Positions 1-12,986 are shown, counted from the whole stretch's first letter. The stretch is DNA of 63,382 nucleotides, filler included, from Rhabdomonas costata (GCA_019059605.1; 44 parts of 44 records of this genome joined end to end with filler, not necessarily neighbours in it), one strand, 5' to 3'. Program-made: numbers and translations. Notes: generated from the sequence alone by a model not told the origin.

Positions 1-1343
1 GTGTGTTGTTCTTTGTCTCTTTTTTGAAACGAGCACAAAAAAGACACGAAATGAAGTGAGCCATGCAAAGGTTTGTGGAAACTCGGCAAAGGAGACTGGG
101 CAAATGGGAGATAAAGCAGGCGGAAGGTGGGTCGGGCCAAAGGGTAAGTGAGAAGAAACTAACGGGAGTGAACCTCGAGTGAGACTTTAATCTAACACCA
201 GCTGGGAAAGCCATGGAACACGAACAAGACAGCAAACAAAACCAACCGAAGCTCCGCAACTCCCTCCGCAAATCGAGTGCGTGCCACCGTAGGGGAATTA
301 CTTCTGCCCTTCTTCATCAGTCATCTTGTGTTCCAGTTCCGCCCCGAGGCCAGGTGCTTCCCTACGCGGGTTGCTGTTCTTTTCTATGAATCGAGGAGGT
401 TGTGAGGGATCTATCTTCTTCGTTTTCATCGCCTCCAAGCAAAAAGGCAGTCTTGCTTGGTGGATGTGCATGTTGTGCGCACAAGACGCTGGCCGATGAG
501 GAGGTTACGTCTCGGTCCTCTGGTGACCCATTTCTTGCCTTCCGAGTTGGATTGCTTCGAATGTGCCCAGGGTCTGGTGGTTCCTGGGATGACGCACAAG
601 CTAGTTGATCGTTAGGACAAAGCTAATGCACGTACCTGGGGCAAGGTCCCTTGGGCACCTCACAGGAAGGCACCAGGACTCCCAAGGCGCGCCTTTCCGG
701 CCACTGTCGAAGAGGTAGAACGAGACGTTCAGCTATGGAGATCACACCCGAGAATCCCTCCAGTGGGAAAAGATTGGAACGGAACCACCGGTGTGTGATC
801 TTGAAGGGATTACAATTCTTTTTGCGCCTAACTCGCGCAGACCGCGTTTGCAGCAGAGGCCATTTGCTGTGGTTGGAACCGCAACCACCTCAAAACATCG
901 TTAAATGTGGTGTGCAATCTCCTCAGGAATTGCGCTGCATGGGGACGAGCATTCAACCCGATGCTACGATCGAAATCTTGAGCTAAGTACGGTGAGTCCT
1001 GTTGAGGCCCGGAAACGGCCAAAGAAACAGCTTCCCAGACCTCAACACGGACAATAAGGCCCCAAAAACCACCAAAATGCTTCCGGAACGGAAGCATTCC
1101 GGCCCACAGCGGCCCCTTCCTAACAGCGCCATACCTCAACCGTCTTGTCCTCCCTTAAAAGTTGAGCCAGCAGCTCGTCGAGCCGCCTCTCCACAAGGTC
1201 ATCGATCCTCTTGACGTCAAGCTTCCCCTATATTTTTTTTGGAAAGGTGCACGGACAACGGGGCCTTCAAGGAGTCTTAGAAGGGCTGGTGGCCCAAGAG
1301 AGACAGAGCGAGTGCATTGCTGACGTCCAAAGCAAGCAAGTGT

Positions 1344-1443
1344 NNNNNNNNNNNNNNNNNNNNNNNNNNNNNNNNNNNNNNNNNNNNTTAATTAATTAAN
1401 NNNNNNNNNNNNNNNNNNNNNNNNNNNNNNNNNNNNNNNNNNN
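1344..1443. other. Artificial contig linker N44-TTAATTAATTAA-N44 (first of 43, spaced about 1443 bp apart)
   Basis: An identical 100-nt spacer with a six-frame stop palindrome recurs at 1388, 2831, 4274 ... 61985. All contigs between them are about 1340-1345 bp, as in a length-sorted concatenation. Confidence 0.99.
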
Positions 1444-1817
1444 TGTGGGATGCTGTTGGTTCGACCCAAGATGGAGCTTCTGCAGGCGTGGTTTGTGGTT
1501 TGTGGTTTGTAGTAGAAAAGAATCATCTACCTTCCTATACAAGCAGTACGTAAAAAATCCGGTATCCTGGCAGCACTCAAGCTCTCTGGTATAGCCAGGG
1601 GCCCCCTTCAGGTTCGCGCATCACTTGACGAGGAAAGCGTTACTTTAATGGTTAAGCTGCTCCTTCCTGCCGCTGCACAAAAAGCAGCCCACGGAAACCA
1701 CGATCTGGGAGGCGGAAAGGGAGGGCGCGACCTGGTGTATGGCGCATCTCCACAACCCCAGTAGACGGCATCACGCGCTTTCATTGGGTTATCGGGAGTG
1801 AGTGGAAGTATACGAAC

Positions 1818-2389
1818 CTTCACCGATGAGATCGCCGCCGCCCACTCCGAACACTGCTGCGGGGTGTCGGCGCGAAGGTGAGTGCTGCGGCCTCCAGTGA
1901 TGGAGACCAGGGAGAGCTTCCGCGGCCCTGGCTCCCGCAGCTCCACCTCACTCAGAGGGATCACCTCCACTGCACAAAAAGCCCACGCGCAGGTAGAGAA
2001 GGGAGCACGATGATCCTTGAAGAGAGCACCGAAAGTGCTCACAGAACGATGTGGCCACTGAACAGAGGAGTAGCCAAGGAGAGCCGCCAGACAGGAGAAG
2101 GGTTGTTCTGTGAGTGATGTAGAAAAGAACAACAAAAGAACAACAAATACCAAAACCTAGAGGGAAAAGAACCTTTCTGAAATGTTAAGCAAAAAAAAAT
2201 CCCCAGAAAACTCAGGTTTTCAGCGATCCCCGGTTTCACCCAAAGAGCAAATACCATCCCGTTCCCCTTCATACCATGGGAGGAGGTAGGGGAAGAGGCA
2301 ACCCTCAGCACCCCCTCGGCCTCCTCGAGCTGCACGTAGCACCGCTGCCACAGCACGAAGGCCTTGCGCACAGACAGCACCCCAAACAT
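1818..2389 (-). CDS. PH-domain protein, two exons (partial gene)
   Basis: Exons 2389-2275 and 1969-1818 join in frame across a GT-AG intron: GVLSVRKAFVLWQRCYVQLEEAEGVLRV...HVEVIPLSEVEL...STHLRADTPQQCSEWAAAI. This matches PH motifs (W-x-R-x-Y strand, C-terminal W helix). Confidence 0.75.
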
Positions 2390-3274
2390 CGGTCGGTGAA
2401 CGCAGGACAGAGAGAGGACGTTGCACGAAGAAAGCCCGAACAGTTGGGTTGGGATGGGGATGGAGTAAGGATGTCAAAGGCCTCACGGAAGTGAGGGGCT
2501 TGACACGGTGGGAAACGCCGACTGGGCCTCTTTCATAAAGTGATCCTGCGGAAGAGCAAAGGAAGTGCACTGTCCGGAGCTGAAGAACCACTTCTCTTTT
2601 ATCCTTCGACACGACGCAACTCCTGCTCCCTCCTGCAGAAAATCGCTGCAACCCTCGACATTCGTTCTCCAATTCAACGCACCCCATACGATCAGTGGAA
2701 GCACACACCGCACAAGCGAAACCCCCGAAGCCCTTTCCACTCCGACTAGAGTGCTTACCGAAGATAATGCTAACATACAACAAAACNNNNNNNNNNNNNN
2801 NNNNNNNNNNNNNNNNNNNNNNNNNNNNNNTTAATTAATTAANNNNNNNNNNNNNNNNNNNNNNNNNNNNNNNNNNNNNNNNNNNNTGTGCAGGTGGCTG
2901 CCCACGCCACACATGCACATACGCACAGGCACACACTTTTGGGAACCGAAAGAGTACGCAAGCAAAGTCGAGAGGGGGTACGCGCTGCTGGGACTGGACT
3001 CCTGGGATCTTCTGCAGTATCAGGATAGCCCTGCGCCTTGCTTCATTGAGAATCAAACGTATGTGCTGGGGAAGGAACATCCGCAGCTCGGTTCCTGCAT
3101 TCACGGCACCAAAACTCACTCGCGATTTTCCTAATGAGCATACAGGATGTTCTGAGAACAACCTCGGGATCATTGCACTGCCCGCTAAATGTTTAACGGG
3201 CACCCCATCCTCCTCCCCACTCACACTACCGCGCATGACCCCGCAAAAAAAGGGCCCGATGCACAGCGCGATAC

Positions 3275-4225
3275 TTTGGCAGCAGGTCTCGTAGTCACAC
3301 CCATCTGGGGGGAAGGGGCACGCGATGCTCGAGCCCCGAGAGGTGGTCCCGGCCGGACAGGTGATTGATGAGCCGCATGTCTCTGCAGTCACCGCAAAGC
3401 CCGAAGTGCCACCCCACAAAAGACCCACAAAAGCAGAAAAGGTGAAAAGGCAACGAACGCCGCAAACTGTTGCTCCATCGATAGAAGAGGTGGACGACGT
3501 AAACGGCCAAAATATTCATGTGGCACTGGTGTCTGTGGTACATACGTACATACCAGGCAGATATGACATGCGGCGACATCCATCTCTGGAGACCGCTTCA
3601 CAGACCCGCTGGGAGGTAGGGAGCCTGGCCCAGAACTGGACCAAATACGGCCTACCGCCTTCACAAAAAGGCTTCAGAAAAGGAGATGCTGCCTTGTCCG
3701 GAAAATGTCCTTCACACTCACTGATCGAGATTATGATACAATGCTTAACGTGGGAACGCTAGCTCCGCCCCAGTTCCCAAGAGCTTCCAGGACATCCGCT
3801 TTTTCTTGCAGGCACGTTCTGTCGTACACTCCACCTCCACCCCGGTTTATGCACGCTTTATGGCGCCACACACGCACACACACACACAAACACAAACACA
3901 CAGTCTTTCTTTGTCTTTCTCTTTCTTTGTCGCACGCTTGTTGACACAGAGGCAGAGGCTCCATCGGCCTCGGGCCCGGGGTTGGGGGCGCGCACCGGAG
4001 TAGCTCACGGAGAAGCTCCCGGCGTTGCCCGTGTAGCAGCTCGCCGGCACGATGAAGTTCTGCTGCGTCCCCGAGCCCGCGCTGGTGCCCGTCCACCCGT
4101 CCCCAATGTAGAACACCTGCCCCAGCTGCGGGCTGAGCTGAGTGAACCCCAGGCCTAACGCCGAGAAGTCGATCGCCGCCGGCGGGATGCCTGTGTTGCC
4201 CCCAGAGCCCAGGAACACCACACAC
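3275..4225 (-). CDS. Putative extracellular protein: bacterial-type beta-sandwich domain exon plus Cys-rich module exon (partial)
   Basis: Exon ~4225-3996 (VFLG...DFSALGLGFTQLSPQLGQVFYIGDGWTGTSAGSGTQQNFIVPA...NAGSFSV) joins through a phase-1 GT-AG intron to the 108-nt exon 3382-3275 (ETCGSSITCPAG...CPFPPDGCDYETCCQ). Confidence 0.6.
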
Positions 4226-4427
4226 ACACNNNNNNNNNNNNNNNNNNNNNNNNNNNNNNNNNNNNNNNNNNNNTTAATTAATTAANNNNNNNNNNNNNNN
4301 NNNNNNNNNNNNNNNNNNNNNNNNNNNNNAAATGACCCAGGCGTCAACACGTCTGGTTGTCGTTTGGTTGCAGAAAGAAGCGAGCCCATGGTGGTGACCG
4401 TTACACCTGGCGGAGTCTCTTCTAGAG

Positions 4428-5600
4428 TTGATTCCAGAGGGTGCTATTTCCACAGTTGAGTTGGAAGATGTCACTCCGACTAAACAGGACCAGCGTAAAA
4501 GAAAGTTGCGAGATTCGCCTAGGAAGGAAGTAGAGAAGTTAATTAAGGAGGTGGACCACAGCATTTGTGGCCCCCCTTGTGCGGTGTTACCAACACCTCC
4601 AGAGATCGAGAAGTTAAACCAAGAATTTGCGCACACCTTTCCAGCGTCAGTTCCCGGAGGGTTATCCCCTTCGAGGAGGACGGACCACAGGATTGATTTG
4701 AAGCCTGACAGTAAGGTACAAGCCCAGAGGCTGTACCGAATGTCCCCTGCGGAAGATGAAGAATTGCGGAAGCAACTAAATAGTCTCCAGGAGCTTGGTT
4801 TTATAGAGCCAGCAACCTCGCCTTATGGCGCAGGGGTGCTGTTCGTTCCAAAGGCCAACGGTAAGTTGCGCTTGTGCGTGGATTACAGACCGTTGAATGC
4901 GATCACCGTTACAGATGCTTACCATTTACCCCAAATTGACGAGATGATTGATCACGCGGTAAAGGCCAAGTGATTTTCCAAACTAGATTTGCATGCGGGA
5001 TTCCACAATGTGGAGATGACGGCATTCAAGACAAAGTACGGTTAGTTCCAATTCAGAGTCATGCCATTTGGGTTGTGTAATGCCCCAGACACGGTTCCAG
5101 AGAACCATGGACTTTGTTCTTGAGGATCTGCGAGAGACTACAGATGCGTATGTGGACGACATTCTCGTTCATGCGGAGACCTTGGAAGCCAATGTAGAAC
5201 CTTTGCGGGTTTTGTAGCAGAGGTTGGATAAAGAGAAGCTTTTTGCAAATCCAGAGAAGTGTATGTTTGCACAGCCAGAAGTCGATTATTGTGGATTTAT
5301 TGTGTGGAGAAATGGGATTAGACCCCAGTCGAGGAAACTGATGGCCGTATATAAATGGCCGCAGTTGCGGAACCCTATAGATGTGAAGAGTTTCCTCGAG
5401 TTGTTGTGTGAGTTTTACCAGAGATTCGTAGAATATTACCCCACAGTGGCAACCCCACTGACGGACCTAATAAAGAAGAAGAAGGAGTGGTTTTGGAGTG
5501 AGGCGCAGAAGACGGTGTTTCAGAGGTTGAAAGCCAGACTGTTGAAATCTCCAGTTTTGGTCGTGCCAGATTTTAAGAAGCCAATGGTGCTTCACTCCAA
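4428..5600 (+). mobile_element. Degenerate Ty3/gypsy LTR-retrotransposon pol (RT to RNase H linker)
   Basis: Motifs SPYGAGVLFVPK..GKLRLCVDYRPLN, FSKLDL, VMPFGLCNAP, YVDD (5149-5160), LFANPEKC and W...Q...F..LK..L...PVL..PDF. In-frame stops (e.g. TGA at 4971) and frameshifts are present. Confidence 0.93.
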
Positions 5601-6181
5601 AACCACTCCTTCTTCTTCTTTATTAGGTCCGTCAGTGGGGTTGCCACTGTGGGGTAATATTCCACCAACCAACNNNNNNNNNNNNNNNNNNNNNNNNNNN
5701 NNNNNNNNNNNNNNNNNTTAATTAATTAANNNNNNNNNNNNNNNNNNNNNNNNNNNNNNNNNNNNNNNNNNNNGGTTTGTGTGGGTCCCAAGGGCGCCCT
5801 GGCGGTTGTCGAGACCGTTAAGGTATTTTTTGAAGGCGTTGGGGGGAGTGCTCGCCGTTGCTGTGCACCGGCTCTGTTTAGAGGATGTCCGCGCGTGCGT
5901 GCGTGCCTGCAAGTCTGCTCCCAACGGTTATGCAGCTTAGTTGTGATGGGATATGTCTTGAACACCTGTGCAGGTCGTCACCCGTTGGTTACTGCTGGGC
6001 ACTGCGGTGTTTACCGCATACCCCATCAGCCCCTGTCCCCTGAATATTTCGCGTCCGTCCGCTTCCTTCCAATCAATTTCAGGAAAATTTACCACCATTT
6101 TCTTTGAGAAGTGTGGAAGAGGAAAAAGGAGGGAGGAGGGAAAGCTCACTTCCTCGTGTCCACGGTGGGGACCGCGAACAG

Positions 6182-6949
6182 GCGATGCCCACGGTGCGGG
6201 AGCTTCGGCTGGCGGGGAACTCTCTGAACAACGAAAACATTGAGGCCCTGCTGGCCCACCTCAAGGGACACCCTGCGCTTACCCGAGTGGATCTCAGGTG
6301 GCGGTTGCGCTGGAATTCTCGTCCCTCCCTCCCTCACGTCACTTCATCGCATACCACACCCGCACATGTTCCGCAGGAAACGGCACACAAGCGCTGTTAC
6401 TAATGCATCCCGTCACAATGGCAAACGAACCCTGTATAGCAGAAGTTGTGCACCAGTCAAAAACGGTAACCGTCCTGGCAGAGTCCTCCCCTCGAATGAT
6501 TCCACGCAAATTACAAGAGAAGGAGAGAGGGAGGGTGTACCTGGGAAAGTGCAGCCCTAAGGATTCGGCGGAAGGGCAGTGCCTCGTGTTGTGCCCCTTC
6601 AATTCGCCAAGAACTTCAAACCTGCCTCAATAACACAACGGCAGCAGTCACAGAACCACCAACAGCCGGGGGCCAATGTCCCTCATCGGCTCAGATCCTC
6701 TGTTTGCGCGCATCAGTCAGGACGGACCGAAACGGCGCCTGCATTCCTTGCACGTTCTGCATCTGACGACGGTAGCGTGGGCGCGGGGGGGTGACGCAGC
6801 GACAACCCCATCAGTGTCATCGCGGGGCAGCTTCTGCTGCAATTCATATCGGCCAACCCTCGCATCCTCGAGGTGGACCTCTCTCGGACGATGTGCCTGC
6901 AGGCCCATGTCAGCCAGCTCGCGCACATTCTGGACCAGCGTCGAGCGAG
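6182..6949 (+). CDS. RNI-like leucine-rich-repeat protein, two exons (partial)
   Basis: Exons 6182-6297 and 6800-6949 with GT-AG borders join in frame: VRELRLAGNSLNNENIEALLAHLKGHPALTRVDLSDNPISVIAGQLLLQFISANPRILEVDLSRT. Confidence 0.8.
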
Positions 6950-9900
6950 GTGAATGGGCCATTTGGAATGGATGCCGGCAGAAGTGGATACGGTTCCAAC
7001 GAAACCCCAACGAGCGTTGGTGTAGGAAGGGGAATTGTACGTGTTGGGGGCGTTTTGGAAGCGGTGGGTCTATACTAGTCGTGCGTGACCGTGGGAAGTC
7101 AGTGCCCCCACACACANNNNNNNNNNNNNNNNNNNNNNNNNNNNNNNNNNNNNNNNNNNNTTAATTAATTAANNNNNNNNNNNNNNNNNNNNNNNNNNNN
7201 NNNNNNNNNNNNNNNNTTCGTGGTGATGCGAATGAAAGGGCTGCTGCCGAGCCGGAGTGGTGTGTGGTTCAGCTGAGTGATGCCGTTTGACGCCTCGGCG
7301 ATAACTGTCAGCGACAGCAGGACAATGTAAGCCAGTTTGGTGGGGAAGGGGTGCGCTCTCATTCTTGCATCATTATTGTGTGCCGACCGGTGAAAGGAAA
7401 CCGCCGCACGCAAAAATTTGCTAGAATGCTTACCAGGTGCTGGATGTGTTTCTGCCATTTTGTTCCTTGCTCGGCATGCGCTTGAGGGAGACGAAACAGA
7501 AACCACCACAGGAAAGAAACAAGGGAAGAAAAGCTCGAACAGCTATATCGTAACCGCTCAAGGACTGCGACACCCGAGGTGGTGGAACAGTTGACTGTTG
7601 AAATCCGCAACCCGCTGCCGCGGACGCCTGTGACTTTGTGTACTGCCTGCTATCCCTTCCAAGAACTGGGGCGGGAGATAATGGAATCACATCAGCGTGG
7701 CACACACGCACAAACTGGAAAAGAGATCCACAGAGTGGTGTGTGTGACAGCTATCCTGGTGGTAATGCTGCAACCCTAACCCACGGTACACATATTCGAT
7801 GACTCAAGATCTTCGACTGAACGCCCCCCATCGGAATGTGGTCTTCCATGAAACATGAGAACGAACGAATCAGATCCGGTGCGCATTATTCACGCTCTCC
7901 TCACCCATCAGAGGGTCTTCTTGTCAAGGGGCATTCTGATGGGGATTCGGTTTTTGGGTTTTGCTTTTCACGGACACGGCAGTTTCGTGCAAAAGGGTAC
8001 TTAGCTTCAACCAGATCGAGGGACCGCAACACGCATATGTCCAGAAAATGTGTCGAAATAGCACCTGTGTCTGAGCAAAATCCATTAATCTTTTTCGCTC
8101 GTTTCATCATTAATCAACAATGATGAAGAGCATACAAATCAATAGATTTGCATCATAACATTCTACTCTTTTGTGCACGGCTTCGTTTTGCTCCGTGTTA
8201 ACCACCTGCAGCTGAAAACAATCCGCACGCAACTAAACTACCTGTCATCACGGGTAGGTAGCGAACAAAAACAAGGAGTCAAATGCTCAAATGTGGTCCG
8301 GCAAAACCAATAGCATAGCAACCACGATTAGCGAAATGGCCTTGATAAAGCCCCGCTTTGGCACCCTTACTGACTCTGAATAAGATCATTTTTTCGATTC
8401 AATTTCTTTCTCTTATGCCCCTCCCTCCACCGGGGCAGCCGGGTTTTTCGTTGTCCCTCTGTTTGTGTTTTTCGTATGTGGTCACCGAGTGGTCGATTGA
8501 GCTGCCCACGACCCCATCACCCCACACAACCGTCTTCGAAAGTAAAGCTCAAACCCACANNNNNNNNNNNNNNNNNNNNNNNNNNNNNNNNNNNNNNNNN
8601 NNNTTAATTAATTAANNNNNNNNNNNNNNNNNNNNNNNNNNNNNNNNNNNNNNNNNNNNTTTTTTTTGTTTTTTTTTAATTTTACATGTTGCTTGTTGCT
8701 TGTGTTGTTTCACTTTATTCAGGAGGTTGAGGAGCTTCTCCGTCACGAATGCTAATGGTGCCAGGGAGCATCCGAGCGAGTATTTTCTCTGTTCGGTTTT
8801 TGCTGTTTTTCTCGTTGTATGGCTGCCGTTCCATCTCCTATCTCCCGTCTCCTGTCTTCGGACCGGAGAGGATGTTGCTTTTTTTGTTTGCGTATTCGAG
8901 GAAAACGGGCAGGGCTCGACCGTAGTAGTGAAGTCAAGGGGGCGCGAGCGGCCGGAGGAGGGGCTCCAGTCCAACCTTGGGTGGATCTAGTCCTTTGGAA
9001 AGGGGACCGGATGTTAGCTCCCAAGGTATATGCATCTCCCCTGCCTCGCGTTGATGTGCATGTGCATGCTCTGTGTGTACAGCTCTTGGGTATCGTGGCA
9101 TGTCTGGACTTTCCTGTCATGGCTTAGGAAAGAAAAAGGCCAGAACAAAACGGGTCTTTCGTTCTTGAGTTCAGTGACGTGCCTGTTCGGGGGCATTGGG
9201 TTCCCCCTTAACTTTTCCAAAACTTCTGTTGGTCCCACTGAATTCGAAAGAGTTTGTCGAAGGGAGCAAACATTGTTTGGCCTTATCAACCTGCTGGGTT
9301 AATTCTGCATCTGAATTTGGAAAGGAAAAAGATATGTTCGAATTTGGAATTGAGTTTGTGTTGGATAATATCCTTTCGTTCCATGGCTGCTGTTTTGTTG
9401 TTATTTATGAAGGAACCTTTTGTGGGAAAGTAGGGATCCGAGGGGGTTTGGTTTGTGGTGCGTTGCCTGTGAGAAGTTGTGTATGCTGTCGAGGAACATT
9501 TCGTAATGAGTAGCTTCCGATTTGGGCGGCTGTGGTCCCGCCTGGAGCGTGGCGGCCGCAAACTCTTTTCCACCTCCTCAGCCAAGCAACGGGCCTTCAA
9601 CCGGATTTTCGAGCCAAAAGTGCTGTTCATTCAGGTCTCGTCTGCATTTGCACTGCCATTTATATTTTCTTTTCGTTCATGCAGGCGAACAACCTCGAAG
9701 AGACAAGGTGTGCACGCATCGGAGCTCCCTCTCTCTCTCTAAAGTGTGTGCATTGCCTTCAGCAGACAGCTACTTGTGTATATCTGCAGTGAAAAGCGCT
9801 ATTGTGGAATCACGCCTCACATCTCCAGACAATTGGAGAATTGCTGGGGGTATTGTGGTTGAGGAATGGTTGTCGGCGTTGATGCATATTGTTGACCTCC

Positions 9901-11688
9901 CTCCTATCAAGTGCGTTTTGGGGACCCCCCCCCCATTTACAGTGCATTTTACGGACCCAAGGTATGTGGGAGTGGGGTCCCAAAAATACACCTGAAAGGA
10001 NNNNNNNNNNNNNNNNNNNNNNNNNNNNNNNNNNNNNNNNNNNNTTAATTAATTAANNNNNNNNNNNNNNNNNNNNNNNNNNNNNNNNNNNNNNNNNNNN
10101 GGGTGGGGGAGGAGGCGGTGGAGGCGGCTGCAAAAAAAGCAAGTGAAGTGGGCCGGAGTTTCGAGTTTCGGAAATTTATCTCAGCCTTGGAACCTGCAGC
10201 AATCGCGATAGTCACATTCAGCCCGGCTTCGTTCTAACGCATGGATTTGGAATTCGAAGATAGCGAAAACGCGGAATTCCCTACGCCCCAAGCTCTTATT
10301 ATATCGTGCACCAAAGACTCCCTGTGAGGGCAAATTAACACAACACGGAAACAGAAGTTTTCGGACGAAAAAATAAACGCGCCAAGCTGAGAAACAAAAG
10401 CAGCTGTTCTCCGGGACTGTTTGGTTATAACCATTGATTAAAACCAACCAGGTTTTTTTTGCAGCCCTGGGTAGCTTTTTCCAAACGTTCGTTCTTTTGA
10501 GACGTGTTCGAATACTCGGTTTTGACAGGTGAACCCACTAAGCTGACCTCTCCTGCGTGAGGCTGACTCAACGGAGGGCCAGAACAGCTGAGATGCAGGG
10601 GCGTACCGCTGGAAACAGCGGCCACCACCCGGCGCGGTTCAACCAAGGATCGCTGTAGTACTTCGGCCGCAGGAGGTCCGAGTAGTTTCCGACCTTGTAC
10701 TCCACGGGCAGCGCGGGGACTGTGGGGGCGCGGGTGCGGCAGGGCTTCCCCGCTAAACTCGGGGATAGACCAGTGGAAAGGGGTGCAACCACAGGGGAGA
10801 GTTGTGTTGTGGTGGTCACCGGGTTGGCCGCGGCCAGTGGGGACGGCGGGCTGGCTTCCATGGAAGGCGATGGAAGTGACATCCCAAAGAAAAACGATTC
10901 AGAAAAAACGGGGGACACAGGAGCTCCTTTTGGAGCTCACTGACAGGGAAGAGCGGAAACATGACACCCAGCAACACAAACACAGTTCAATTCTTTAATT
11001 TTTGACGGACGACTAGGACAGTGTCTCCTGATTTGCGAAACAAACAGGTGGTCAATAGGTCCAATAGTGACAAGGAACAACACCTGGCCGTGACCTGGTG
11101 CCTTTGTGCTGACAGACATTTCATAACAGTATCTTGAAGTTCAACCTCTTTTGGCACTATGACCACCTCTTGCAGCGGGTACAAGTGTTCGGGGACTTTC
11201 CCGACAAGGACTGACGGTTTTAAGTTTAACTAACCCCCATCGCAAAAAAAAAGCTGTCCTAGGGAACCTGGTAAAGTTCCTGAAGTATACCCAATGCAGT
11301 ATTCGTAATAATACAATAAATGCAGTACTTTGGAGTATTCGGTCAAAGTCGTTTTCGGCAGAAAATTCATTACCGCATGTCCGCAATAAATTACAACCGG
11401 AATGTACACTGGAACACATTGCACTTTGGTCCGCTTCGGAATCNNNNNNNNNNNNNNNNNNNNNNNNNNNNNNNNNNNNNNNNNNNNTTAATTAATTAAN
11501 NNNNNNNNNNNNNNNNNNNNNNNNNNNNNNNNNNNNNNNNNNNGTGGTGGGTGTGTTTGGGGTTTGTGGGCAATAATGGGGAAGTGAGCAACCTCCCATG
11601 CTCAGGTCTTGAGCATTGCTTGAGCATTATTCCCTCCTCGCCCTCGCCCCTTGCCCGGTCTTTCTATGGCACGTTTTGTCATCTGTAG

Positions 11689-12886
11689 CCGAACCGTTTA
11701 CCAGAATCTCAGTGGGACGAGATCTTCCGTGGACTACGTAGAGTTCCCCTCGCAGCTGTTTGAGGTGTTCGCCCGTGACAAGCGCGTCCTGGCCACCTTT
11801 GCCCGAAAGAATCCTAAGGTATGTGTGATGGGATGGCTGCTCGATGTATGCTGTGTTTGCTGAGAATGGAAAACAAGGAGCCCGTTTCACAGTGCCCGCG
11901 CCGCTTCAACCCTTGCGCGGCGAGTGGGCGTCCGTATGGACCAGCGGATTTCTGCCTTTGCTCTCTCTCTCTCGAGGCACACGGAGACACGCTTTTGTGG
12001 TCGTCGCATTGCTTTGAGGCTTTGATGCCAGGCCCACCCCACAGCATGGCTGAGGCAGAGGGTACGACGGAAGGTCCTCATGACTTTGCACTTTTGGTGG
12101 GTGGGTTTGAATTTTTGTTCGCTTGATGTGCTGGTTGGGGTTTTGGTTTCGGGTAGCGGCCTGGATTTTGTATTTAGCTATGCGAGGCGCTTGGATGCCT
12201 TTCTGCGTTTCTTCAGAACGAGGGCCGTGTGGTGGACCCGCTGTCGTCGCTGTGTGGTGGCCACGGCGGCAACGAGGGCCCCGCCCTCCCCGAGGCGCTG
12301 TGGCAGATGCACTTCGGGCAGAAGCCTTTTGCCCGGCTGGAGACCCTGGTGCAAGTCCTCCACAGCGGGGTGGACCAGCTGCTGCACCACCCCCCGCCGT
12401 GGGTGGTGCCTGCCCCACAGGCGCCGGGGCAGACCAGGTCGCTGTGTGTGATGTGGACTTGAGCCTCGTCGATTGATATATATTTGACCCTAGTTGATTC
12501 GATCCACGGTTACTCGTGCCGGCTCAAAAGGTTGTGGAGGGAGGTTTCGGCACTGCGCTCTTAAGACAAGCAGGCATTTCGCAACCCCTACCTGGGAGCA
12601 CATCCTGTCACCTTCAGTGGTCTTCCTTGCAGGTTTGCGGTTGGGTGCGTAAGTGTGTGGGCGGAAAGTCGTTCAGTGTCGGGTCTTTCAGTTTATTAGC
12701 GTAGTAGGCGATTTTTTCGAGTATGCCTGTCTGTGAACGCATTCACTGGGGGGAGCTGGGGTCGCTGTACATGCCCCTGCTGCGACACAGCCGTGGGGTG
12801 CAGGAGCTGGTGAGCAGCGTGGACCACTTCGTCAACTACCCCGCAATGTACTACAGCTACCTGTACAGCGTGGCTTTCAGCAAGCG
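11689..12886 (+). CDS. MIPEP: Peptidase M3A, mitochondrial intermediate peptidase-like, three exons (partial)
   Basis: Exon 11689-11818 reads RTVYQNLSGTRSSVDYVEFPSQLFEVFARDKRVLATFAR. Exon ~12217-12443 contains QVLHSGVDQLLH. Exon ~12805-12886 reads HFVNYPAMYYSYLYS. These are M3 C-terminal motifs. Confidence 0.85.
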
Positions 12887-12986
12887 NNNNNNNNNNNNNN
12901 NNNNNNNNNNNNNNNNNNNNNNNNNNNNNNTTAATTAATTAANNNNNNNNNNNNNNNNNNNNNNNNNNNNNNNNNNNNNNNNNNNN

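Noticed and set aside
8660-10918. GC-rich exon-like segments here and in contigs at 20202, 27413, 38957, 41843, 44731, 46174, 49061, 50503 and 57716
   Set aside because: Probably real exons, but I could not assign a family or confirm frames, so they are not annotated.
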